Shown piece after piece: positions 20,755-30,366 of a DNA stretch of 64,000 bases. The stretch is from Bacteroidales bacterium (GTDB taxonomy: Bacteria; Bacteroidota; Bacteroidia; Bacteroidales; GCA-2711565). Under the pieces are notes generated by a model. That model did not search any database. It was not told the origin of the DNA and saw only the letters and a list, made by a program, of their open reading frames with translations. Position numbers and translations under genes: made by a program. The stretch covers positions 2,498,210 to 2,562,209 of the forward strand of contig OY760934.1 of the NCBI GenBank assembly GCA_963664245.1, given 5' to 3'. Each line of letters begins with the position of its first letter. Position 1 is the first letter of the stretch.

Positions 20755-20919
20755 TGTAGTTTTTGTTGCGATGTTAGGAATTAACCTCTTTGCGTGTTTC
20801 ACGGAATTTCATCAGGGTACTACTGAATTTGGCTTAGCTGTGGTCAAATCAGCTCTATTTTTTGGTAATATTGATCTTCGTTTTTAAAAAACCTAATTAC
20901 AAATTTAAAAAATAGAATT

Positions 20920-22263
20920 ATGGCATTAGAACAAAAAGTAAATGACTTCATGGCAAAAGTCATTGCTAAAAATCCGGGAGAATCTGAATTCCATCAAGCC
21001 GTTCACGAAGTAGCAGAATCTTTGATTCCTTACATTGAAGAAAACCCACAATACAAAGAAGCAAAAATTCTTGAACGTATTTCTGAGCCGGAACGTGTAA
21101 TCCTTTTCCGTGTTCCATGGTTAGATGATAAAGGCGAAATCCAAATCAATAAAGGGTACCGTATCGAGATGAACTCTGCGATTGGCCCTTACAAAGGTGG
21201 TTTGCGTTTCCATCCTACAGTAAATCTTGGTGTTCTTAAATTTTTAGCCTTTGAACAAGTATTCAAAAACTCATTAACGACCCTTCCGATGGGTGGTGGT
21301 AAAGGTGGTTCTGATTTTGATCCTAAAGGAAAATCAGACAACGAAGTAATGCGTTTCTGCCAAAGCTTTATGACTGAATTGTGCAAATATATTGGCCCTA
21401 ATACCGACGTTCCGGCTGGTGACATTGGTGTTGGCGGACGTGAAATCGGATTCTTGTTCGGACAATACAAACGTATCCGTAACGAGTTTACCGGAGTTTT
21501 AACGGGTAAAGGTATCGAATGGGGTGGATCGTTAATTCGTCCTGAAGCTACCGGTTACGGTGCTACTTACTTTGCCGAGTATATGTTAAATACCAAAGGA
21601 GACAGCCTGAAAGGTAAAACTGTTGCTATTTCCGGTTCGGGTAACGTTGCACAATATGCTTGCGAAAAAGTAACCCAATTAGGTGGTAAAGTAGTTACAT
21701 TATCTGATTCTGCGGGTTTCGTTTATGATCCGGATGGAATTAATGAAGAAAAACTAGCTTTCGTTATGCACCTGAAAAATGTAAAACGCGGACGTATTAA
21801 AGAATACGCTGAAAAATATGGTTGCGAATACCACGAAGGCAAACGTCCTTGGGGTGTTAAATGTGATGTAGCTATGCCAAATGCTACCCAAAACGAAGTT
21901 AACGAAGAAGAAGCAAAAACATTGGTTGCTAACGGATGTTCCGTAGTTTCTGAAGGTGCCAACATGCCTTCTACTCCTGAAGCAATTACCGTTTACCAGG
22001 AAGCTAAAATTCTTTACGGTCCTGGTAAAGCTGCTAACGCCGGTGGTGTTGCTGTTTCTGGTCTTGAAATGTCGCAAAACTCATTGCGTTTAAGCTGGAC
22101 CCGCGAAGAAGTTGACAATCGCTTGAAACAAATCATGAAAGACATCCATGCTACTTGTGAAAAATATGGTAAAGAAGGTGACTACATTGATTATGTTAAA
22201 GGTGCCAACATTGGTGGTTTTGTAAAAGTTGCCGATGCAATGTTAGCGCAAGGTGTTGTTTAA
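20920..22263 (+). CDS. gdhA: Glutamate dehydrogenase (GdhA/NADP-type family)
   Basis: GPYKGGLRFH, LPMGGGKGGSDFDP, DVPAGDIGVG, RPEATGYG, GSGNVA, EGANMP, KAANAGGVAVS. Confidence 0.97.
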   Translation: MALEQKVNDFMAKVIAKNPGESEFHQAVHEVAESLIPYIEENPQYKEAKILERISEPERVILFRVPWLDDKGEIQINKGYRIEMNSAIGPYKGGLRFHPTVNLGVLKFLAFEQVFKNSLTTLPMGGGKGGSDFDPKGKSDNEVMRFCQSFMTELCKYIGPNTDVPAGDIGVGGREIGFLFGQYKRIRNEFTGVLTGKGIEWGGSLIRPEATGYGATYFAEYMLNTKGDSLKGKTVAISGSGNVAQYACEKVTQLGGKVVTLSDSAGFVYDPDGINEEKLAFVMHLKNVKRGRIKEYAEKYGCEYHEGKRPWGVKCDVAMPNATQNEVNEEEAKTLVANGCSVVSEGANMPSTPEAITVYQEAKILYGPGKAANAGGVAVSGLEMSQNSLRLSWTREEVDNRLKQIMKDIHATCEKYGKEGDYIDYVKGANIGGFVKVADAMLAQGVV

Positions 22264-22291
22264 TTGCCGAACCAATTAACCTAAATAAAAT

Positions 22292-22326
22292 AAAAAGCCC
22301 TTCCCGGATTTGGGAGGGGTTTTTTT
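22292..22326 (+). terminator. Rho-independent terminator of gdhA
   Basis: AAAAA-GCCCTTCCC-GGATTT-GGGAGGGGT-TTTTTT. Confidence 0.8.
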
Positions 22327-22421
22327 GTTATCTTTTTAGCCAAAAGGGCTATCACTCAGAAACTGGCGATGATATCCTCAGCTTATATTTGTTATCCCGA
22401 TACTTTCATATAGAACCGTAT

Positions 22422-22976
22422 TTATTTCCATACCCAGTTTTGTTTTGTAACAAATTTTAAATCATGGGGGGGTGTTTTTTCGAGTAACTCATTTTTAATA
22501 ACTTCTATCTCTTTTATCTTTTTGGGTATAATTATTACTTTAGGCGATTTAAAACAAATGAATAAATAATTTTTTGTTTCAGCTATTTGTATAATTTCGC
22601 CGTATTTAATTTCAGATTTGCTGAAAGATGATGAATCTTTTACCGTTAAATTTATTGATGCGGGAGTAAAATTAATTTGTATGTCTTGTTCTTTTAACCC
22701 CTCGTAAGATTTTAGGGCAAAATTTAATAACCGTTTTTTATCAAAATATCTGAGAAAGAAATACGCTATAATCATTAGAAGTAAATCCAATACAATTGCT
22801 GCTGGGATATAGTTTTTTTGTGTTGTATCTCCATTTAAAAATGACAGCCCCAAAGTAACAAAACCAATAAATAAGGTACTTAATATTAAATTTCTTTTAT
22901 AGGCCTTATTTGCTGCTGTATTCTGGAAAAGATAATAGTTTATATAATCTTTCTTATTTACTGAAAATTCATACAT
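22422..22976 (-). CDS. YcxB-like membrane protein
   Basis: Two TM helices, then EIKYGEIIQIAETKNYLFI...IIIPK YcxB-like motif. Confidence 0.65.
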   Translation of the reverse strand: MYEFSVNKKDYINYYLFQNTAANKAYKRNLILSTLFIGFVTLGLSFLNGDTTQKNYIPAAIVLDLLLMIIAYFFLRYFDKKRLLNFALKSYEGLKEQDIQINFTPASINLTVKDSSSFSKSEIKYGEIIQIAETKNYLFICFKSPKVIIIPKKIKEIEVIKNELLEKTPPHDLKFVTKQNWVWK

Positions 22977-23018
22977 TGTTTAAATTTATTATTGTTAATT
23001 AATTTTTGTACATTTCAT

Positions 23019-23879
23019 TTATTTATTTTCAAACGCATCTGTATACCCGTCAATAAATAAAATATTCCCGATTTTATACACCTCTTTGCTTGTCCCGAAA
23101 AAGTTGATTTGGCGTACGGGTTTAATGGCAGTGCTATCCGCAAGATAATATTCGAGGGCTTTTTTTGTTAAACCCAGGCGTTGATAGTTTACTTCGGGTT
23201 TCCCGTGCGAACCAAATACCCGGTATGTCGGCTGGCTGTTTTCCAGTATTTTATCGAGGCTTTTTATGCAGGCGTTGCAGTCATTAAGAAGTAACAATCC
23301 ATTATAGACCAAATCGCCGGTAAAAATGTAGCCGTTTTTAGTATCAATAATGGAAATCGATTCTTTAGAATGTCCGGGAGTATGCTGGATTTTCAGTTTG
23401 CGATTCCCTAAATCAATTTCTTTTTCGAGTGGGAATTTTCGGGATATTTTTAAGTTTACCGGGTCTTTTATTAACGTTTCGTTTTGGGTTAAATGTATGA
23501 GGCTATCGGCAGATAAGCGCTGTTGTAACGATTCAATTTCAGGAATCCCGATGCGGGTAAAATCACTTACGTTCCCAATATGGTCGAAATGAAAATGAGA
23601 TAATAACAATGTTACGGGTAGCTTGGTTAATGACTCAATAACTTGGGTGATCTTTGGACTTTTATTTTCTCCTGTCCCGGAGTCAAACAAAATACCTTCT
23701 TTATTTCCCATTATCAAGAAACAGGAATTGCCCTGTGAACTATTTGGTTCGGATATGATGTAGGTGTTGTCGTCGATTTTTTCAATCCGGTACCACTCCG
23801 GCTTTTGATTTCCACAACTTACAGAAACAATTAAAAAAATAATGATGCAATAATAATAGTTGGGTTTCAATATTTTCAT
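23019..23879 (-). CDS. MBL-fold metallo-hydrolase lipoprotein
   Basis: Lipobox VSC; LFDSGTG, SHFHFDHIG, HTPGHS, FTGD, SHG. Confidence 0.9.
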   Translation of the reverse strand: MKILKPNYYYCIIIFLIVSVSCGNQKPEWYRIEKIDDNTYIISEPNSSQGNSCFLIMGNKEGILFDSGTGENKSPKITQVIESLTKLPVTLLLSHFHFDHIGNVSDFTRIGIPEIESLQQRLSADSLIHLTQNETLIKDPVNLKISRKFPLEKEIDLGNRKLKIQHTPGHSKESISIIDTKNGYIFTGDLVYNGLLLLNDCNACIKSLDKILENSQPTYRVFGSHGKPEVNYQRLGLTKKALEYYLADSTAIKPVRQINFFGTSKEVYKIGNILFIDGYTDAFENK

Positions 23880-23975
23880 TGGTTAAATAAAATTTTGGCT
23901 AAGTAGTGTACATATTATAATTAAAAATTCCAGTTTGGTGATGTAGAATATTATTTATTTCGTTATTGTATGAAT

Positions 23976-24644
23976 TTAGCTTTTGTTAGCCGCTGTTAAT
24001 TTTAATCCCTGTCTAATTAGTTTATTATTAAATTCAGATTCTTCATTTAGATTGATATAATTAAACGATACATGACTATAAAATCTTTTTTTTATTGCTT
24101 TTTCTAATTCATCTTTTAACCCATAATCAGAATCTATTAATCCAATGTAATGTGTGGAAGAACTAGTTTCTATGTTTAGTCCAACATAGATTTCATTTTT
24201 AAATTGAATGTTATTCTTTTTCAATAGTTTTTTTAAACATTTTTTTAACTCATAAGTCGTATCCTTATCTGGGTGTTCAAATATTTTTTCAGTTTTTTCT
24301 ATAATTACATATCCTTTTTCAAAATCGTCTTTTTTTAGATTTAGCTTAACATCTTCAGTAAAATCAATACCTTTTTTATTTGCTTTAATGGCACTAATGG
24401 CATAAGAGGGTCCAAGAGGTAAACCTACCCAACAAAAAAGCAAATTTATAAGATTTAGTGTTCTTTTTAGTGATCTTTTCTCGTCAATAGATTTAACAAA
24501 ATTAAGTTTTGAGATTCTTTGAACAGGCGGAAAGATAGGTCTTGGAATATTATATAGAAAGCTAATAACCCTAATGTTTTCATTATTAATAATTTCTTCA
24601 AATGAGTAGCTAGATTTATTAATTCTGATTTTTGTTGGTTTCAT
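23976..24644 (-). CDS. Hypothetical protein (AT-rich, one hydrophobic segment)
   Basis: 222-aa ORF; LLFCWVGLPLGP segment; no family recognised. Confidence 0.7.
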   Translation of the reverse strand: MKPTKIRINKSSYSFEEIINNENIRVISFLYNIPRPIFPPVQRISKLNFVKSIDEKRSLKRTLNLINLLFCWVGLPLGPSYAISAIKANKKGIDFTEDVKLNLKKDDFEKGYVIIEKTEKIFEHPDKDTTYELKKCLKKLLKKNNIQFKNEIYVGLNIETSSSTHYIGLIDSDYGLKDELEKAIKKRFYSHVSFNYINLNEESEFNNKLIRQGLKLTAANKS

Positions 24645-24769
24645 AATTTGGAGATTGATTTTGGTTAATTTACTTATATATGACCTTTCTGCAACAATGC
24701 ATATTATTATAAAATTATCGTTATAGTCAAAGTCTTTAATTTGTTTTAAAATTCATTTCAAATAAAACC

Positions 24770-24819
24770 GATCTGTCCTTGGGGGAGCGAAACAAATCTT
24801 GGGTAAATATAAAAAAATT
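24770..24819 (-). repeat. Conserved promoter-like box + leader hairpin, copy A
   Basis: + strand GATCTGTCCTTGGGGGAGCGAAACAAATC...GGGTAAATATAAAAAAATT; homologous to 44107-44166 and 57653-57716. Confidence 0.7.
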
Positions 24820-24851
24820 AGCCCATAAAGTAATTTATGGGCTAATTGTAG
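24804..24851 (-). terminator. Terminator hairpin, copy 1 of a direct repeat
   Basis: TAAATATAAAAAAATTAGCCCATAAAGTAATTTATGGGCTAATTGTAG; similar copy at 26775-26823. Confidence 0.7.
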
Positions 24852-24872
24852 GGATGTCCTATTCGAACCTCC

Positions 24873-26168
24873 CTAATGTTTATAAATGTTATTCATATTT
24901 TTAACCCGGTAATTTTTCATCAATTTCCGGACATAGAACAGTATGAATATGCCAAACGGAATAAGGAATGCCACCACGATTTCCCATTGTTCTTTTGAGA
25001 ATCCCTGCACTTCTGCAACCCCTAATATTGAAATGACTGTCAGGATAAGCAATATCAGGTTCAACTGCATATTGTCTTTGGTCATAATAAGTTCCAACCT
25101 GTTTTCAAGCTCGGAACTTAATCCATTCACTTCTTCCGATAGCTGATCCAGGGTGACACTCCGGTTTTCAGATTTCTCAATCTCATATTCAAAGTCTGTA
25201 GCTAATTTTTGGTGTATTGGAGAGTTGTTATCTTTCCGTGCTTTGTTAAAGTCTTCGCTCAGTATTTTGGTTTCATACCGTAACATTTGGTCAAAAACTT
25301 TCAATTTGGAAAGCATATCATTCAGCACACAGATTTTTTCGTTGGTTTGTTTCAAAAGGGTGTAACTTCCGTTTTGGGTGTCGTCTCTTAACAACTGTAT
25401 TTGCCGGCGGCAACTCCATAAAATAGAATGCAGGCGTTGTGCCGTTTTCTGACAGGTGTTTACATACAACAAATCTTGCAGTAAGCGGTCAATATTTTGG
25501 TTGGTTTCGCCCACACAAAGACAGGCCGCCATACCGACAAAAATATGGCAACCATCAATGGTTTCATGGTGCATTACCCAGTCGGTCAGTGAAGCAATCT
25601 CTTGCGAATATTTTTCGAGGAATGCCGTAGAATCGGCTGCTTCATCATCAATTTTACATTTCACCAATGCGTAAGAGTGCAATTTATATCCGGCCTCTTT
25701 GGCGTCAGCAACTTCATACAGGCTTGCCACCAAACTTTGTTGTACATCGGTCAGTAAAGGCATCACGCAATTGGAAAAGTTGTAATTCAACTTTCCACAC
25801 ACAATTTTTACTTCATCAAGACTGAGTTTATTTTGTGGTTCCAACGATATCCCCAAACAGGTCAAGCCATTTTTTGAAATATTCAATCCGTAATCGTCTT
25901 TTGAAGCGTCTTCCTGTGTTAGTTTTGCTTTCAGAAACCCGGTAAAATTGTAATCAATCGGGCTGAGGAAGATTCCATGTTCATGCATTTTTATTGAACC
26001 CCGGGCCATATCATTAATACAACCATCTACGCCAAATTCGGTGGCTGAAGTATATTTTTTGTGCGAACCGACAAAACGGTTCAGTGCTTCCATATTGCTT
26101 CTGCCAAAAGGCAACCATGCCGCATTAAATACCTGTATGTCTGAGAATGTTGTTGTTTCTGTTTCCAT
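24873..26168 (-). CDS. Hypothetical protein with coiled coil and C-terminal two-TM CorA-like end (no GMN motif)
   Basis: Helical/coiled-coil central region, then NMQLNLILLILTVISILG and a second TM helix. Confidence 0.6.
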   Translation of the reverse strand: METETTTFSDIQVFNAAWLPFGRSNMEALNRFVGSHKKYTSATEFGVDGCINDMARGSIKMHEHGIFLSPIDYNFTGFLKAKLTQEDASKDDYGLNISKNGLTCLGISLEPQNKLSLDEVKIVCGKLNYNFSNCVMPLLTDVQQSLVASLYEVADAKEAGYKLHSYALVKCKIDDEAADSTAFLEKYSQEIASLTDWVMHHETIDGCHIFVGMAACLCVGETNQNIDRLLQDLLYVNTCQKTAQRLHSILWSCRRQIQLLRDDTQNGSYTLLKQTNEKICVLNDMLSKLKVFDQMLRYETKILSEDFNKARKDNNSPIHQKLATDFEYEIEKSENRSVTLDQLSEEVNGLSSELENRLELIMTKDNMQLNLILLILTVISILGVAEVQGFSKEQWEIVVAFLIPFGIFILFYVRKLMKNYRVKNMNNIYKH

Positions 26169-26177
26169 AAAAATTTG

Positions 26178-26717
26178 TTATAAAAATGAACTTGTATGAC
26201 GATAGCCTATGGGTTCGGAAAGATTGTATAAAAACCCCTCAACGACAATTTCTTTTTTTCTGCATTTTGTGCATCGCAAGACCGGAGATTTTTCTTCAAG
26301 ATGAACCTGTAAATAGTTCCCGCATTTACATTTTAAAAGCTTGTTTATGGCTTTTGTATCAACCAGGTTTGCCTTTCCTTCTTCAATATATTTAAGCCCC
26401 TTTTGGGTGCAGTAATGGGCATTCAAATCTCTGTATCCGGCAGTTTTTAGCCGTGCCCGGTTCAGAAAATCAAAATCACGAACCACATTTACATCTTCCA
26501 TAAATTTTTTGTCTTCCCACATATATTTTCTCGAATCTTTATAATCGTAAACCAGCAATTGTTCTTTATACAATGGGAATATTTTATTTTTCATCAGGAA
26601 GTAAAAGATTACCAACGCCGCAGTGTATTGCAGGTAAACGGTATCTTTTTCAGAACTATACTTTGAATAAACGTAGAGAATACTTTGTTGATCCTTGTCC
26701 AATTGTTTGGTAGTCAT
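26178..26717 (-). CDS. Hypothetical protein with C-terminal zinc ribbon
   Basis: CKCG...CTKC near the C-terminus; 9-nt gap to the downstream gene suggests an operon. Confidence 0.7.
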   Translation of the reverse strand: MTTKQLDKDQQSILYVYSKYSSEKDTVYLQYTAALVIFYFLMKNKIFPLYKEQLLVYDYKDSRKYMWEDKKFMEDVNVVRDFDFLNRARLKTAGYRDLNAHYCTQKGLKYIEEGKANLVDTKAINKLLKCKCGNYLQVHLEEKSPVLRCTKCRKKEIVVEGFLYNLSEPIGYRHTSSFL

Positions 26718-26774
26718 TGAAGTTTGTGATGTTTGATTAATATTTGGTGAATTTCTTCACGGAAAAAGTGATGT

Positions 26775-26823
26775 TAAATATATAAAAATTTAGCCCACAA
26801 ATTAAGTTGCGGGCTAATTGTAG
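26775..26823 (-). terminator. Terminator hairpin of the tricorn gene, copy 2 of the direct repeat
   Basis: TAAATATATAAAAATTTAGCCCACAAATTAAGTTGCGGGCTAATTGTAG. Confidence 0.7.
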
Positions 26824-26858
26824 TAGGGGACATATCCCTACAATAATAAAAATTTCAA

Positions 26859-29800
26859 TTATTTAATCTCTACTTCAATAAATCCTGAACGGTCAGGGTC
26901 GGCCGGAACCGGAACTTCTTTTTTCGGGTTCTTTTGTAATTCTTTCAATAAATGTTTCACGGCTGCTTCAATGCCAGGGTCAATACCTTTGGCCATCAAA
27001 TCAGGACGGTCATACACTTCAATGTCAGGATAAATACCAATGCCTTCAACAATCCACCCGGTTTCGTCGTAAATACCAAAGCGTGGTACCGACATGGAGG
27101 TTCCGTCAATCAAATCAGCATTTCCAGAAATGCCAACCAGTCCGCCCCAGGTACGAGTCCCGATTAAGGTTCCCAACCCCATTTTTCTAAAGAAGTGAGG
27201 GAAAGCATCTCCACCCGAAGAAGAATAATAATTAATCAGCATGGCTTTGGGGCCATCGTGAGCAACATTAGGATATTTCATGGGTACAAGCTGATTACGG
27301 TGCCATAAACTCATGGTAAAACGATCGAGCAACTCGGCCATTTGCCAAGGAATAAATCCACCGCCATTGTAACGGTCGTCAATAATCAAGGCATCTTTGG
27401 TGTGGTAAGCATACATTCCGCGGTATAATTCACGGTTCCCTTCAACGGCTGTATTTGGAACGTGAATGTATCCGATTTTCCCGCCCGAAAGTTTATCAAC
27501 CATGGCACGGCGGCTTTCTACCCAATCCAGGTAACGTAATTCCATTTCGCTGTTGATAGGTTCTATTTTATAAGTTTTAGCACCCTCAGCACTTGGCTTG
27601 GAATTAACGGTCAAGTCAACCACTTTACCCACGGTGTTTTCAAGATATAGGTATGGATTTTCTTTGGTGCTTACGTTATTTCCGTTAATAGCTACGATGT
27701 AATCACCTACTTTAACATCTACCCCTTGTTCGGTTAATGGCGAACGGCGGTTTGGTGTCCAGTTTTCGCCACGGTAAATTTTGGTGATTTTATACATCCC
27801 TGCTTTATAGTCAGCTTCTAGCTCGGCACCGAATAAACCGGTTTCGCGGCGTTCTACTTTTTTGAAATCGCCATAATTGATATAAGAGTGACCGGTATTT
27901 GTTTCAGAAACCATTTCCGAAAGAATGTAATCCAAATCGGCACGGTGGCTTACCGAACGCAATAACTTACCATAACGTTCTTTTTCGCCTTTCCAATCAA
28001 CATTGTGGAGGTTGCTTACATAAAAATAATCGCGGTAAATGCGCCAGGCATCATTAAAAATTTGGTTCCATTCTTTGCGTGGTTCAATTTTTACTTCCAT
28101 GCTTGAAAGATCCAATTTACCGGCACCGGGTTTTCCTTTGCCTAAGTGGGTAATTCCGAAATCGCCACGGAAAGCATAAAGCATTTGTTTGCCATCAGCG
28201 GTAGGAACAACAAAGTTAACACCATCCATCAGGGTAGAAGCTTTGTCTTCACCTAATTTATATTCTTGTAAAGAACCGCCGTTCAGGAAAATAAATCCAC
28301 CATCTACAGCTGTTAAATTGTGGTAACGTCCTGCTGCACGCATTGGCATAGCAATAATGCGGTTGCGGATGTTGCCAAATTCAATTTTAACCTCATTGTC
28401 TTTTGCAGGAGCGGGAGCTACTTTTGCCTCTCCTTTTTTATTTTTGGATTTATCGGCCGGAGCTTCTTTTTTCTCTTCTGTTACCGCTTCTACGTCTTCT
28501 TTGTGTTTAAAGATAACCGGAGCATCATTGGTTAATGCTAAAGCATAAATACGGGTTGCATTATCATACAAATAAGCAAACTCATGCGAAGAGAAACTTA
28601 AGTTATAATCCCGGTTCGACATGAAGAATAAATATTTTCCGCATTTAGAGAATACCGGGGAAAAATCGTTAAATTCATCTGTGGTCAACTGTTTAGGCTC
28701 TTTGGTGTCAATATTATAAACCCAAATGGCCGAATGAGAGTTTTTGCTTTGTTTGGTGTAACTGATCCAGCGAGAATCGGGAGAGAAAGAATAATCCCTG
28801 ATTTCGTTTTCGGTAGCTTTATCGGCAACGTTTACTTCGCCAGTGTTGATATCAACATACTTAAGTTTTAAGGTACGGTCCGAAAAAGCAATGTATTTGC
28901 TGTTTGGCGACCATGTTAGGCCATAAAACCAGGCACTTGACCCCGAGGTTAATTGTTTAGCCTGTGCTCCTTTTTTATTTTCTAACAAATAAATTTCATA
29001 TTCTCCGGTTGCATCAGAAACGTACGCGATATATTTGCCGTTTGGCGACCAGCTTGCTCCTGTTTCGCGAATACCCTGGGTGTTGGTTAAGTTAATGATT
29101 TCACCGTTTTCTGCCGGAACAGAAAAGATATCGCCACGGGCGTCAAAAATAGCGCGTTTCCCGCTGGGAGAAACATCAGCAGTTTGAATATTGTCTTTTA
29201 CATTTTTGTAGTAAGGAATCAGGTTTGGATTATCAAAGTTGATGTTTACCGTTACTTTTTCGGTTTTGTTTGTTGCCAAATTCAGTTTGTAAATATACCC
29301 GCCGTTTTCGTAAGCAATTTGCCCGTTGCTGCCCGAGGGCCACATTACGTCAAATTCTTGGTGGTTGGTAATTTTTTCAATTTGTTTGGTGTTGATGTCA
29401 TAACTGAAGAGGTTCAACCGAAGATCACGGTCGGAAGCGAAATAAATTTTATCGCCATACCAGTTTGGAATTTGGTCGGTTCCTTTAAATTCGGTAATTT
29501 TTTCGGCCTTGCTTTTTTTCAAATCGTAAATCCAGATGTCGGCTGCGCGGCCACCTTTGTAGCGTTTCCAGCTTCTGAATTCGCGTGCAATGTGGGCAAA
29601 GGCTACTTTGTCGCCATCGGGCGAAAGCACGCCAAACCCGCCATCGGTAATTTCCAATGGTTTTTCGAAACCACCGTCAATGCTAACCAAAAAGTATTTT
29701 CCGTTTCTTTCTCCGAAAGGGGTGCGATTCATGCGAACCATAATGTTTTTACTGTCCGGGGTCCAGTCCAGAACAATATTATCAAAACCACCACGTGGAG

Positions 29801-30146
29801 GCATTAAGCCAACAGAGTTATAATAGGTTAATTGTTTCGGAACACCGCCTTTTACAGGCATTACATAAACCTGCCTTGTGCCCGAATATTCGGCTGAGAA
29901 GGCAATCCATTGTCCGTCAGGAGAAATTTTTGGGAACATTTCCAGTCCTTCATGCGAAGTTAAACGGGTTGCATCTCCGCCTTTGGCCGGAACAGTCCAA
30001 ATATCGCCGGCATAAACAAAAGCAATCACATCTTTGTTTATATCCGGAAATCGTAATAAGCGTACGTCTTGTTCAGCTTTAGTACTGATTGTTAACAGAA
30101 CAGTTAAGATCAGCACTGTGGGAATTTTCAAAAGGTTTTTCATCAT
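26859..30146 (-). CDS. Tricorn protease (S41 family, beta-propellers + PDZ)
   Basis: PD40-like SPDG repeats, WKRYKGG, GYIHVPNT, IIDDRYNGGG, catalytic SSGGD, GTRTWGGLVG. Confidence 0.95.
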   Translation of the reverse strand: MMKNLLKIPTVLILTVLLTISTKAEQDVRLLRFPDINKDVIAFVYAGDIWTVPAKGGDATRLTSHEGLEMFPKISPDGQWIAFSAEYSGTRQVYVMPVKGGVPKQLTYYNSVGLMPPRGGFDNIVLDWTPDSKNIMVRMNRTPFGERNGKYFLVSIDGGFEKPLEITDGGFGVLSPDGDKVAFAHIAREFRSWKRYKGGRAADIWIYDLKKSKAEKITEFKGTDQIPNWYGDKIYFASDRDLRLNLFSYDINTKQIEKITNHQEFDVMWPSGSNGQIAYENGGYIYKLNLATNKTEKVTVNINFDNPNLIPYYKNVKDNIQTADVSPSGKRAIFDARGDIFSVPAENGEIINLTNTQGIRETGASWSPNGKYIAYVSDATGEYEIYLLENKKGAQAKQLTSGSSAWFYGLTWSPNSKYIAFSDRTLKLKYVDINTGEVNVADKATENEIRDYSFSPDSRWISYTKQSKNSHSAIWVYNIDTKEPKQLTTDEFNDFSPVFSKCGKYLFFMSNRDYNLSFSSHEFAYLYDNATRIYALALTNDAPVIFKHKEDVEAVTEEKKEAPADKSKNKKGEAKVAPAPAKDNEVKIEFGNIRNRIIAMPMRAAGRYHNLTAVDGGFIFLNGGSLQEYKLGEDKASTLMDGVNFVVPTADGKQMLYAFRGDFGITHLGKGKPGAGKLDLSSMEVKIEPRKEWNQIFNDAWRIYRDYFYVSNLHNVDWKGEKERYGKLLRSVSHRADLDYILSEMVSETNTGHSYINYGDFKKVERRETGLFGAELEADYKAGMYKITKIYRGENWTPNRRSPLTEQGVDVKVGDYIVAINGNNVSTKENPYLYLENTVGKVVDLTVNSKPSAEGAKTYKIEPINSEMELRYLDWVESRRAMVDKLSGGKIGYIHVPNTAVEGNRELYRGMYAYHTKDALIIDDRYNGGGFIPWQMAELLDRFTMSLWHRNQLVPMKYPNVAHDGPKAMLINYYSSSGGDAFPHFFRKMGLGTLIGTRTWGGLVGISGNADLIDGTSMSVPRFGIYDETGWIVEGIGIYPDIEVYDRPDLMAKGIDPGIEAAVKHLLKELQKNPKKEVPVPADPDRSGFIEVEIK

Positions 30147-30366
30147 ATTTATGTTATTTAGTTTGAATTTTTAAAAAACGAGCATAATGATATTGAATTT
30201 ATACGAGAAATCAAATGTTAATAAAACATAAAATCGACCAAATCCTCAGCAAAATAGATCAAAGTTAAAGAGACTGAAGCAATTCATATGTTTTGTTTTT
30301 ATATTTTTGATGAGGATTTAAGTGAAGACGACCTAAGATTTATTTATTAATTAAAAACATTTTTTA

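Noticed and set aside
23019-23879. Metallo-beta-lactamase resistance gene
   Set aside because: The HxHxDH fold is shared by many hydrolases; nothing specific for class B beta-lactamases can be established by eye.
29184-29807. 207-aa + strand ORF, and the many other 60-200 aa ORFs antisense to or nested in long genes (e.g. 44468-45028, 45873-46463, 53969-54442)
   Set aside because: They are shadows of well-supported genes (tricorn, aprBA, qmoB) and carry no recognisable motifs.
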